Shown: positions 1-11,015, counted from the first letter of the whole stretch. The stretch: DNA of 63,573 nucleotides, filler included, from Aduncisulcus paluster (GCA_024181965.1; 8 parts of 8 records of this genome joined end to end with filler, not necessarily neighbours in it), one strand, 5' to 3'. Numbers and translations: made by a program. The notes: generated from the letters alone by a model not told the origin.

Positions 1-1241
1 CTCGATTGAGACGGATGTGACGAGGGACTTTTTGGATATTGTTGTCCTGTTTGTTGTTCGGATGTTGGATCACTTATCCACACAATATCTCCACCGAGAA
101 CACCCTCGTCCCTTTCCATTTTCTGTCCATGGCCATCTGGAGTGGACTTTTCAACTGATTCAGTTTGTTGTGAAGTGCACAAACATATTCCTTTCACAAC
201 TCTAACATACATCTTTGACAAATCACTGACTTTTTGATTGAAAGCAGCCTGTTCTGCGTTCTTCCTCCTCATGATGGCATAGTGTTGTTTCCATAGAGTC
301 AACCCAGTGTTAAGGGAACGGATTCTTTCAATACGACGGAGACGAGGAGCAACAATTTCGTTAAACATTTTCACACGAGCAGCAGTAATCGAATAAGCAT
401 TTCTCCAATATGTAAAATAGAACTTTAGCATTGAAACTGCACGATTACGAACAATAATAGATTCCAATACATGAAAATGCTCACTATATCGACGCCAATT
501 ATCCAGACAGTGAGTCAAAAGACAATGATTGCTCACCTTATTAAGAATGGAAGCAACCGACTTCATTTGTGAAGTTTGATGATCAATTATATGTTTACAG
601 TGTAATTTAAGCGATACTATAACTCTTCTTTTCACTTTTTCATTCCACAATTGTCTAATTTTTTCCCTCTCTTCTAAATTTATCAGAATCTCTCTTTTAA
701 ATTGGACAAAACAATATTTGCGCAATAAATTATGATTATAGTGAGTAATAGCCTGCTGATATCTCTGCTTTACACGTTGTCTGAGCTTCTCTTTCCTTTC
801 TGCAATTTCTTGCTCATGTAATCTACGTAATCTGGCCTTTTCTTTAAGAGCAAATGTTAATTTCTTTTTCTCCTCTTCATCTTTTCGTTTTTCTTCTTCT
901 AATGCTTTCTTTCTTCTTTCTTCAGCAAGTTTTCGTCTTTCTTGCATGTTTTTACGCATTTGAGCATGGTCAATCTTGGATTTAAAACGAGAAGAGGAAG
1001 AAGGAGTTTTAGGGGCTGTTTGCCGAATTGGGGGGTTGGAATCTTCCTTTGGAATCTTATGCGAAGGTTGAGGAGTTGTTTCTTCCAATTCTTTATCATC
1101 AATATGAGGCAGTGCTTTCTTTGGAGTCGATAATCTCGACGGAGGTGGTATTCTTTTGGTGATACTTTGTGTTTTTTCCGTTTCAAGACATTCCATAAAT
1201 GATGATAGGATTGAAGACCTATCCCCACTTTTTAATGGCAT
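1..1241 (-). CDS. CCDC191-like coiled-coil protein with Trp-containing helical repeats; runs off the window start
   Basis: Manual translation from ATG 1241 (MPLKSGDRSS...) is stop-free for 413 codons to the window edge, so it is absent from the ORF track. A charged coil (QERRKLAEERRKKALEEEKRK) is followed by AITHYNHNLLRKY and Trp repeats (CLDNWRRY, YFTYWRNAY, GLTLWKQHY), resembling the CCDC191 C-terminal half as I recall it. Confidence 0.65.
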   Translation of the reverse strand, partial: MPLKSGDRSSILSSFMECLETEKTQSITKRIPPPSRLSTPKKALPHIDDKELEETTPQPSHKIPKEDSNPPIRQTAPKTPSSSSRFKSKIDHAQMRKNMQERRKLAEERRKKALEEEKRKDEEEKKKLTFALKEKARLRRLHEQEIAERKEKLRQRVKQRYQQAITHYNHNLLRKYCFVQFKREILINLEEREKIRQLWNEKVKRRVIVSLKLHCKHIIDHQTSQMKSVASILNKVSNHCLLTHCLDNWRRYSEHFHVLESIIVRNRAVSMLKFYFTYWRNAYSITAARVKMFNEIVAPRLRRIERIRSLNTGLTLWKQHYAIMRRKNAEQAAFNQKVSDLSKMYVRVVKGICLCTSQQTESVEKSTPDGHGQKMERDEGVLGGDIVWISDPTSEQQTGQQYPKSPSSHPSQS

Positions 1242-1468
1242 GTAGATGTATTTTATGAATATTTATGATTTTGTAATTACGACAAAACAGTCTATTGTAA
1301 TTTCCATAATTGATAAGTTTTGTATGCGTGATAAAACAACATTTATTTGAATAATCTTTGTCTAATACTTTCTATTTGTTATTTATTTTTGCCTTTTTGG
1401 CTTCAAGCCAACTGTTGAACAGAACGTCGTCAGTGGGCAATAAAATCTAAAAATATAGCTCCAAAACA

Positions 1469-4400
1469 TCACCGAGCTCCTCGAATAAGACGAGCAATAT
1501 CAGCGTGACCACTTCTTGTTGCAACACGAGCAGCACTTTCTCCAAAGCTGTTTCGAACTCTTGGTTCTACGCCGATATCCAACAAATGTGTGACAACACT
1601 CTTTCTAGCATATTCAGCGGCAACATGAAGAGCACTATTCCCATCTCCATCCACATCTGTTACAAGGAGAGAAACAGAGGGTGAGTCAGGCTGTGAAGCT
1701 TCAAGAATGTATTTTACAGTGTCAATGTGTCCATATACAATAGCATAATAAAGAGGTGTGCGGCCTCTATCATCACGGCACAATATATCAGCGCCACCAC
1801 CCAAGAGAACGTGACACATCTTCTTACTTCCAGATCTACAGGCAATATGAAGAGGAGTAGCACCACGAGGACCTGATATGTCCACTTTAACACCTGCAAG
1901 GAGGAGTGTTTCAGCCACTTTATCGTATCCAAGGGACACAGCGAGGAGAAGGGGAGTTTGGCCTTGACGATTAACGTTGTTGAGCGGAAGAATTCCAGAG
2001 GATCCAGATGTCTTTGATCCAGAGGTTTCAGTTCCCACGACTCGTCTCCTCACAGCTCCCTGCAATAGAATACGCACGCATTCATCACTTCCTCTTCCAC
2101 CTTTGACAGCCATGTGGAGAACTGAGTCTCCACAGGTCTTTTCGATGGCACGAATGTTCGCACCATATTCGACCAATGCACTTACACAGTCACAATATCC
2201 TCCTGATGCTGCCAACATGAGAGGCGTGTATCCACTCAAGTCATATGCATCGAGTAAGGCACCACACTCAAGCAAAAGAACAGTGGTTGACAAGCATCCA
2301 CTAGAAGAGGCAAAGTGCAGCGGAGTGTGACCATTCACATCAGGGAAGGATAGTGGCGAAGGAACTGATGATGGGGGCACAAGACCATTCTTTTTGGCTT
2401 GGGGAGAGATGGAAACAGCAACAGAATTTACAGTGAAAGTAAAGCGAGAGGCAAGTGGAGCAGAACGGAGATGGGCACCACCACCGACAACGCTGGACAG
2501 GGGAGAAGCTGAAAGAGCTGAAGATGTTCTTGAAATTGAACTTCCCCTTGTGACAGACCCCACACGAGATGCTCTTGAGAATGTGGTGGGAGCTGGTGTG
2601 TGAGGGTGAGTTGGAACAACATTGGCAGCACGACCACCTTTCTCAGCTTGTTTCTTCCATTCTTCTTCCCATTTCCTAACACTCTCAACGATCTCTTCAG
2701 CCCCATTCACACCTTTATGAGCAGGACGCGGCGACCTTGGACTTGAATCCGATGTTTCCCTTCCACATCCGCATACAAGGTGAAGAGCAGTCTGACCATG
2801 CTTGTTGATGGCACACACAGAACCTCCTTCACGAAGAATGAGAGAAATGAGTTCAGAGTTGCCCTCTCGACATGCGATATGAAGAGGGGTGTTATCTTCA
2901 TCGTCTATCTCATGAATATTGGCACCATTGGCAAGGAGAAGAGACACACATGAAATAACACGCTGCATAATGGAAGCATTGGCCTTCTTCTTTTCAAATC
3001 CACGATCAGGCGATGTTTGCATCATATCACTGTCACCTTCGTCAACAGAATGCCCGCAAGCCAGATGGAGAGCTGTGGCACCACCATCAGTGCAAGCGGA
3101 CACGACAGCGCCATAAGATATCAGAGTATGGATCACAGAATCATGCACAGCAGCGGCGGCAAAGTGCAAGGCTGTCCAACCCTCATTGTGAGTGGTCTCG
3201 TTGACAGAAGACGGGGCTCTTTCGAGGAGCATCGTCACGATATCATTGAATCCAAGCTCACAAGCAATGTGAAGAGGGAGCATAACAGGAATCTCTTCTT
3301 CAAATACGTCCATACCGTCGCCTTCACTCTGTTCGGACACATCAGAGGACTCCCTATCGCTGTTCTCTTCTTTCATGTCTTTTTGAACGATTCGTTTGAC
3401 AATGTGGGGTAATCCACAGAATATCGCACCAGCTTCAAGGAGAACTTCAACACACTCTACAAATCCCTTTTTACAAGCTCTAAAGAGCGGAGTGGTTCCA
3501 CTAAAGTCGATGGCGTCAATATCAGCACCATTGTCGAGGAGAATCCGAACAACATTGACGTCACCAATGTCACAGGCAATGTGCAGGGCAGTCTCCCCAT
3601 TTACGTTGATTGTGTTCACGTCAGGGGTGCAAGCGGATGGAAGAGGAAGATCTGGAAGGTTGGCGAATGGATGTTCACTCGCAATGGTGGACTCAAGAAG
3701 GTAAAGCGGAGGGGAGAAGTTCAAGANNNNNNNNNNNNNNNNNNNNGGTTCCACTAAAGTCGATGGCGTCAATATCAGCACCATTGTCGAGGAGAATCCG
3801 AACAACATTGACGTCACCAATGTCACAGGTAATGTGCAGGGCAGTCTCCCCATTTACGTTGATTGTGTTCACGTCAGGGGTGCAAGCGGATGGAAGAGGA
3901 AGATCTGGAAGGTTGGCGAATGGATGTTCACTCGCAATGGTGGACTCAAGAAGGTAAAGCGGAGGGGAGAAGTTCAAGAGGAGGCAGAGAGAGGCGATGG
4001 ATGAAGACACACAGGCAGCATGGAGAGGGGGGAGTACAGAAAGGGAGGCAAGGAATGTTAGGTGTGCATCGAGAGAAGGGGGGTTTGATTGTGAATTGTC
4101 TTGATCATCGGAAGAGAGAGAACCACTTTCATTCAGGGCGGCTGCATCCTCGGGAATATCTTGCAGAGAAAAAGCATGCCCCTTTTTCTTTTTCTTGCCT
4201 TCGAGTTCACGCCGGTGGAATCGATTATTCTGTTCAATATCTTCACGAACTTCAGGAGTATCAAGAAGCATCTTCAGGATACGTACACTCTCGTGGGAGG
4301 CCGCATATGACACGCAATCACAACCTTCTCCATCACGAATGAGAGGGTCGGCTTTGCGACTCAAAAGGAGAGAACCACACGACACGGAATCGAAAAATGA

Positions 4401-5867
4401 GGCGAAATGAAGTGGAGTACGACCAGAAGCATCAGAAGAATGCACAGGGCAACCAAAATTTAAGAGATAACGACACATGCGCTTCTTGTTGTATACACAA
4501 GCAAAGCACAATCCATTGGCTCCCACAGCATTCCTAGAACCTTTGATAGGGATTTCACCATTCACATCAATATCAGTAACACACACAGCTCCACTGATAA
4601 GGAGATCTTCTGCGGCTGTGACATCGCCATGGCAACAGGCTGAGAAGAAAGAGAGGGATGGATTAGTTGGATAATTGTACGTATCGCAATGCTGTTCAAT
4701 GTCCTCATCAACGATCATTCTAAAGTTCAAATGCTCTTCGACATCGACACAGAGCCTTAAAATTGGTCGACTGCGAACAATATAAAATAGTTGTTCACCA
4801 CACATTTGTAACGAATCGACATGGTCTTGTTGCTGCTCAAATTTAGTCGAAGCCTCTTCGCGTGCCCTTTGAGAGAATTCAAGTTGTGATTTACATTCAT
4901 CAACGTCCATCTCACACTTGGTAACTTCAATAAGGCGTTGATCATCTCCAGCACGCACGAAGGAATGGAGAGAACTCAACAATTCATGGGCAACCTTCAC
5001 TCTTGATGCAAGTCTTATACGTCCCTCATCAAGATGGTTCTGAACAAACTCACGAAAAGCTTCCAAGCTATCATCATCTCTTTCCATTTGACGTTTTGTA
5101 TCTTCAAGAACTCGTTCAAGGGACACAAGTCGAGATTCAGTCGAACCGACTTCAGATTCATACTCGTGGAGGACATATTCACGATAGGCAAGGCGATGAA
5201 TGGCAGAAAGGAGCCGAAGAGAAAGTTGAGAAATACACCGATTGAACATTGGGGTAATGGCTGAGGCAGCTGATTCTATATCTTCAATTTGATCAAATGA
5301 CACATTTGCACCGGCAGATTGCTCTTCGCGCATCTGCATTCGCCATTCACGAACACAGACACCACACAAACACTCCCTTGTTTCAGAATTAATATGAGTA
5401 TATGGAGAATGATGTCTGGTGCATGATGATGGGAAAGATATGAGATCATGTGGATCAGATCCTAAAAAGGGCGAAGGTTCGGAAGTTAATGTTGTGGGAA
5501 GTAGATTTGGTGAGAGGGTTGTGAATAAAGAGGGATATGGAATAAAAAGAGTTTCAGAATAATTTTTAATGGCTTCATTTAATCCGAATAAAGCTGGTTC
5601 TAAAATCAAATATCCTTCATGATCATCGTTAGCCAAAAACCATCCATAAATGGGAATTGATATATTTTGAGGATTCTGAGCTGTAACATAATGTTTTTTA
5701 AGTATCTCACTAATAGAACGATCAGTAGAATTTACAAAATTTAATAGAACAACACTGTTACCAGCGAAATCAGCCCAGTACAAAATGTGTTCATAAAAAT
5801 GCGCAAATTCTTCTTTAGATTTTAGTATATTATTAATATCATCTTGTTTTACAATTTGGCCTTCCAT
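1469..5867 (-). CDS. Large ankyrin-repeat protein with N-terminal kinase-like remnant and coiled coil (~1380 aa once the gap overlap is removed)
   Basis: ORFs 3693-5897 and 1469-3853 join when the 233-bp duplicate plus 20 N (3727-3979) is removed. Many G-x-T-[PA]-L-H ankyrin repeats. First ATG is at 5867; the track start is TTG. Confidence 0.85.
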
Positions 5868-6051
5868 GTGACAAGAAAATTGGTGAGATTCTGACAAAAA
5901 ATTTGTTTTCCGCTCGTATGCAATATTTATGGTATATAAAACAATAAAAATTAAATAATGTTCATAATAATAAATATATATGTTATTTATTTGGAATTTA
6001 AAGTAGTAATTTGATTTTTATAAAAAATGATCATTTTCTCTGACAAAAATC

Positions 6052-7245
6052 ATGATTGAAAAAACCAAAGCTGTTCTTTATTGTACCAAAGGTTCCGAAT
6101 ATTTCGCTAAACTTATTTCCTCCAAAATTGGAGTTCCTCTCTCCTCAATCCTCCGAAAAGTATTCACCAATGGTGAACGTTATACGAAACTTAATATTGA
6201 AGATCGACTTGAATTAATCGGGAAAGATGCCATTCTTGTATGTTGTATGACTAATGATGATGATATTATGGAGATATATCGGATTGGATATACCTTGGCA
6301 GAACTCGGGACAAAATCGAGAACTTTTGTAATTCCTCATTTCGCTTATGCTACAATGGAGAGAGATGTCCATCCTGGGGAAGTTGTTACTGCTAAGACTC
6401 TTGCCCATCTTCTCAGTTCGATTCCACGAGGAGAACAATCTAGGTTTATGTTTTTGGATCTCCACACAAGTGGATTGAGGAGATACTTCTCAGGATCTTG
6501 TATGACTCTTGAACTATATGCTGAAAAATACTTGTCAAAGTGTATTAGTGAGCATCTCAAATATATCATCCAATCTTCCCAAAGTCCACAAACCATTCAC
6601 AAAATAATATCTAAAACTGTTAAATCCCCTGCTCTATTAGTTGGAAAAGATGGAGCCAGGGAAATATCTGGCTTGAAATCAGATTCCCACAGTGAAGTTC
6701 CTTCTGTCACATCCTCCTTGTCTGAAGAACCTCCTATTATGCCAGATAAGTGTTCTATTTTTGAGTATGATGAAAAAAAATTGGAAAAATACCTTGTATT
6801 TGCCTCAGCTGATCTTGGAAGGCCTTTGTGGGTTTCTTCTTTCGCTCGCAAGTTTGGAACTGATGTTATTCTGCTTGAAAAACGTCGAACTTTTGAAGAC
6901 ACGCGTGTTCTTAATGTCATTGGAAACTGTTCTGGTCGTCATGTGATGATATATGATGATATGATCAGGAGTGGTGGCACTCTCTTGACTGCTGCTAAAA
7001 CATACCTTGAGAATGGAGCTTTGTCTGTATCAGCTGTTGTTTCTCACCTCGCTTTTGCTGATGAATCGTGTATTAAATCTGTTTGTGGATCGCCTTTTCT
7101 TAAACTTATCATTGGAACAAATTCCCATCCCATGAGTCAGCATCCAAAGCTTAAGGAATATGAGGCCAAGGTGAGAGTGATCGATGTTTCGCAACGCTTT
7201 GCTGATGTGCTTCTCTACTCTCAAACGCATGACTCTATATCTTAA
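6052..7245 (+). CDS. PRS: Ribose-phosphate pyrophosphokinase (PRPP synthetase)
   Basis: Motifs FTNGERY, IPHFAYATMER, FLDLH, SADLG and the PRPP-binding loop MIYDDMIRSGGTL. Confidence 0.95.
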   Translation: MIEKTKAVLYCTKGSEYFAKLISSKIGVPLSSILRKVFTNGERYTKLNIEDRLELIGKDAILVCCMTNDDDIMEIYRIGYTLAELGTKSRTFVIPHFAYATMERDVHPGEVVTAKTLAHLLSSIPRGEQSRFMFLDLHTSGLRRYFSGSCMTLELYAEKYLSKCISEHLKYIIQSSQSPQTIHKIISKTVKSPALLVGKDGAREISGLKSDSHSEVPSVTSSLSEEPPIMPDKCSIFEYDEKKLEKYLVFASADLGRPLWVSSFARKFGTDVILLEKRRTFEDTRVLNVIGNCSGRHVMIYDDMIRSGGTLLTAAKTYLENGALSVSAVVSHLAFADESCIKSVCGSPFLKLIIGTNSHPMSQHPKLKEYEAKVRVIDVSQRFADVLLYSQTHDSIS

Positions 7246-7542
7246 TCATGTCTATAAACACTGTTACAATGTTATATTTTGGTGCCATTGTTGCTACTTG
7301 TCTTCCTTGTTTACAGAAAATAAAATAAGGTAATAATTAAAAAGAAATCGATAATTCGTTTTTAATTATTACCATTAATCTATTTTTTCCAATTTTATTT
7401 TGCTTATTTGTTTGAAATATCAAGTTATGTTTTTCTTTTTTTTTTGATCGAGATTTGTGTTTTTTTTGCTTTCGTCTACATTGCATCACAATGAATATTT
7501 GATCCGTCCATTATCATAAATCCAAGATTTTATTTTTATTTT

Positions 7543-7932
7543 ATGGCAGATCTATCGAAATCTTATATTATTGAAGCATGTGATGAGCTTGGTGTATCTG
7601 ATCGCCAGAAAGATCAATTTTCTGGATCTTTCGGTCAATCTTCCTTTGATATGAAGTCTGCTTTCGTGTCTCAGGAAGATGCTATTCTAAATGCGTTCGA
7701 TGAAATGAGACTTTCAGTCTCAGAAATCGACACTGATAAAGATCTTGTCTCCAGCACTATTCAAGCATCGTATCAACCTTTACATAATTCTTCTCATGAG
7801 TCGTGGGGGCTATCGGCAGCAATTGAACCCTTGTCTTTATCTCAAACATTCGAATTAAGTCTTAAAGCAGTTGAAGCCAAAAGGCGTGCTGAAGGAAGGA
7901 AACCTCCATTATGGATGGATGAATCTGAATGA
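7543..7932 (+). CDS. Hypothetical protein, 129 aa
   Basis: ATG-to-TGA ORF with coding-like composition between AT-rich spacers; no family recognised. Confidence 0.65.
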   Translation: MADLSKSYIIEACDELGVSDRQKDQFSGSFGQSSFDMKSAFVSQEDAILNAFDEMRLSVSEIDTDKDLVSSTIQASYQPLHNSSHESWGLSAAIEPLSLSQTFELSLKAVEAKRRAEGRKPPLWMDESE

Positions 7933-8854
7933 AATTTAATATACAAACAAATAATTAATAATTTTCAATCAATTTTGACTTATATTTTAAGTAAAAAAAT
8001 ATTACGATAATCGTAATACGATTCTTCTGGAATAAGAAGTAATATTTCATCCTAATTGATTATTTTTATTTATTTATGTTCCTAATAATTGAAATATCCT
8101 TATCAAGATTGATATAACAGAATGAATAATCTTGTAGAGTGAGAATTTTCTGGACTTCAATAAAAATGGCATTATTGAAATTAAAACATCATAATAAACA
8201 TTTATTCTTTATCAATATGATCCCAAAGTTCTGTCTTAAGAGTGGAATTGTAGGCGACAATTCCAGACTTGATGAGCGTTTCAATCGACTGATCAGAGGT
8301 GAACAATAAATGTTTTTGACCTTCGCAAAATTAAGTGCTCAGTATTGGACGTCTGGGACATTTCTATTTTCGAATTACAAGGATGATTTGTATTTTGCAG
8401 ATTGAGCAACTGCATTTTGCAGATTTGGACTTTCGCATATTGCAGCTGTAAAATGCAGCTCAGGTGATAGAAATGAAACGCGATAAAATCTGGGGTTGAG
8501 TCAAGCAATCTAAGCTCAAAATGGTTCATTAAATTTATGAAAAAACATTATAATCTTAAATAATTTATTACTGACGTGAAAACAAAAAGATATTTTGTGT
8601 AATAATAGAAACAAACCTTGAATATCATAAAACAATATACTGACAACTATTCAACAAGAATAAATACAATCAAACGTCATAATGAACGGTATCGACACAG
8701 ATTCAAAGGGATTAACTGGATAAGTGTATGATAAGGACAATTCTAACCAAATCCCCAAGAAACCTTAAATCCACGAATTATTTCAACGTGAGGATTATAA
8801 AAACTTAGTTTTTTTCAATGAAAATACCAAAATCATGCTAAACTGTTGATAGAT

Positions 8855-8954
8855 NNNNNNNNNNNNNNNNNNNNNNNNNNNNNNNNNNNNNNNNNNNNTT
8901 AATTAATTAANNNNNNNNNNNNNNNNNNNNNNNNNNNNNNNNNNNNNNNNNNNN
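8855..8954. other. Artificial contig linker N44-TTAATTAATTAA-N44 (also 17120-17219, 26396-26495, 30742-30841, 36620-36719, 49483-49582, 59582-59681)
   Basis: The identical 100-nt construct, with stops in all six frames, occurs seven times, and genes are truncated at these points. Confidence 0.97.
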
Positions 8955-9854
8955 CCGAGAAGTGTTCACACTGTGGTTCCCATCTTGACTTCGTTTCTTC
9001 CACCAATCACTCTAGGGTGTGTCGTAGTATTCGCTCAAACATTATAGGTAGGCATGACGACTTATGTTCGCTATCTGCTGCCTGGTTAGAGGAAGTCTTG
9101 GGTCTTCCAATAACTCGTGAAGACACTCGCTTCCTCCGGCATCTAAACACTCGAACCCAGAGAGCAGACATTGTTGCCCATGCATTTGGCACAAGTGACT
9201 GGTCTCGGAATCTTGTGTTTGATACTCAAATCACTGAGGTTATCTCGACGAAAATTATCCTGGACTTCACACGGAGGATCGCTGCAACTGGAAACTCTGT
9301 GACTGGTATTGTCGAGCTTGGAAGAGAAATTATTCATGCCTGTCTTGCGAGGAAGGAGTCAAATAAGCGTAGTAACTATACGCCTCATCCTCCTCCTGGT
9401 AGTGAGATTGACCCTCGCTACTCGTTCGACTTTTATCCCATGATATTTTCTTTAACAGGTATTGTTGGTGAATCATTCCAAGAATTCCTTGCCTTGGTTC
9501 AACGTCATCATTCATCTCGCTGCATAGAGGAACTCAAGGTAGTGCTTGCTCGCTCCCTTGCTTTTGGCAATGCTTTGAATCGTCAATCTTATGAGCTCCG
9601 CTGTAGTGGCCATGCTACTTCAGAAACTATCCATAACCATCGTCTCCTATTTCCTTTTACTCACCGTTCGTGTGTATCTCGTAGGCGTGGTTTGGTATAG
9701 ATAGTGGGCAGATTTAAGGTTTTATTTGGTGACTTCCGACTTCATCTATAGTCTCTATAGATCAGCTGCTCATACTCTTCCCATACCCCTCCATGAGGTT
9801 ATGAGCCTTCTTCCTACGTCGCCTACACATATGTGTCTGTAATAATAATAATAA
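8955..9854 (+). mobile_element. 3' end of a non-LTR retrotransposon: CCHC zinc knuckle, restriction-like endonuclease, 3' UTR and (TAA)5
   Basis: The frame is open from 8957: EKCSHCGSHLDFVSSTNHSRVC (C-x2-C-x12-H-x3-C), then RHDD, RADI, FDTQIT, ESNK...Y and FYPMIFSLTG. Stop at 9700; (TAA)5 at 9840-9854. Confidence 0.8.
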
Positions 9855-10083
9855 ATTTTGCTCACGGAATTATTTATATTTTTATTTTATCATATGTGTC
9901 CAACTATCTTCCAAACTCCGCTAGGAGATAAATAAAGCTTCATTAGATGAAATACATCCGATCAAATCAATCTCTGTTCTAAATCATCTTAGTAAATTTG
10001 CCGTAAGTTAAACTTGCTTGCTTGGTTTTGATATTTATTTTTAAATACAAACACCACATGGAAACCTAGACGCCAATGTCATT

Positions 10084-10847
10084 CTATAGCACACCAGCAG
10101 CTTCCAATTCCTCAACAGTAACGGGAATTCCATCAAGTTTTTTCAATTTTGGGAGTTGTTTGAGAACTTTTGTTCTCCAAGTCTTAGATTCACTCTCACG
10201 AATTTCAATTGGATTTCCCACAAGATACAATTCTTCCAAAGCTGGAAGAGTAGCAAGTCTAGTAATCTCTGGCCACTTATCAATCTTATTGTTACCAGCA
10301 CAAAATACTTTAAGGGAGGTCAATTCTTCAACACCATGAGTTGAATCGATATGGTTATAACTTATCCAGAGTTCTTTTAAAGTACCAGCAACACCACTCA
10401 AATTTTCTATCTTTCGTATATTATTTCTTGAAAGAGATAAAATCTCAAGTTTATCCATTCCAGAAATACTGTCAATTCTTCTAATAGCATTGGTAGATAA
10501 TGATAATTGAACACACTCTTTGCATTTTGATAAAACATCAGTCATGTCCATGATAGGAGGCTTTTGGAACCACAACTTAAGGTGTTTGGCAGTAAAAGGA
10601 GACTCTCCAGATTTTTGTTCCTAAATATAAAAAACAATGACAAAAAAATAAATAATACAGAGTTCAATCATTAAAAATAGCAAATGATAAACATACAAAT
10701 GCTCTAAGAGCTTCAGTACAAGAGGTAGCCTCAGTTTTTCTGGACTTTAGACAAAAAAAGCGAAAATAAAGAAAAAAGGACGAATTAAATCAAATATTAT
10801 TATATATTATACAAAATCAAAAAAAAAAATGACATATTACATACCAT
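10084..10847 (-). CDS. DNAL1: Axonemal dynein light chain 1 (LC1, leucine-rich repeat), 195 aa, 3 exons (10845-10847, 10697-10744, 10084-10620)
   Basis: The spliced product M|SRKTEATSCTEALRAF|EQKSGESPFTAKHLKLWFQKPPI...LSLSTNAI...LSLSRNNIRKIENL...ELWISYN...LPKLKKLDG matches the LC1 pattern and length. Confidence 0.93.
10621..10696 (-). other. Spliceosomal intron 2 of DNAL1 (76 nt)
   Basis: GTATGT...ATTTAG, phase 0; joins ALRAF to EQKSG in frame. Confidence 0.9.
10745..10844 (-). other. Spliceosomal intron 1 of DNAL1 (100 nt, directly after the ATG)
   Basis: GTATGT...CTAAAG, T-rich, phase 0; removal restores the conserved N-terminus. Confidence 0.8.
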
Positions 10848-11015
10848 ATATTTTGTTTTTCAAGAAAACTTTGAAAACCATGAAATTCACAATATGGGTT
10901 CTTCTATTATTTACAAAAATGATGTAAAAGCAAATATTGAATTGGAAATTGCTTTTTTTCTATTAATTCTTCGATGATTAAGATTTTATTTCAATGATTG
11001 CTTTTTTTCTTTGAA

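Noticed and set aside
155..210. Possible 56-nt GTATGT...AATCAG intron in the CCDC191-like gene
   Set aside because: The frame is open without splicing and the segment lacks the T-rich tract of the other introns; unresolved without RNA data.
1427..1433. CTGACGA on the minus strand as a hammerhead ribozyme core
   Set aside because: There is no stem II closed by a correctly placed GAAA, and no stem III/NUH.
8293..8529. 78-aa ORF and nearby coding-looking frames
   Set aside because: No recognisable homology, and no consistent exon model could be built.
8899..8910. Recurring TTAATTAATTAA as a biological repeat, and gene neighbourhoods across it
   Set aside because: It is always centred in 44+44 Ns, so it is an artificial linker; adjacency across it has no biological meaning.
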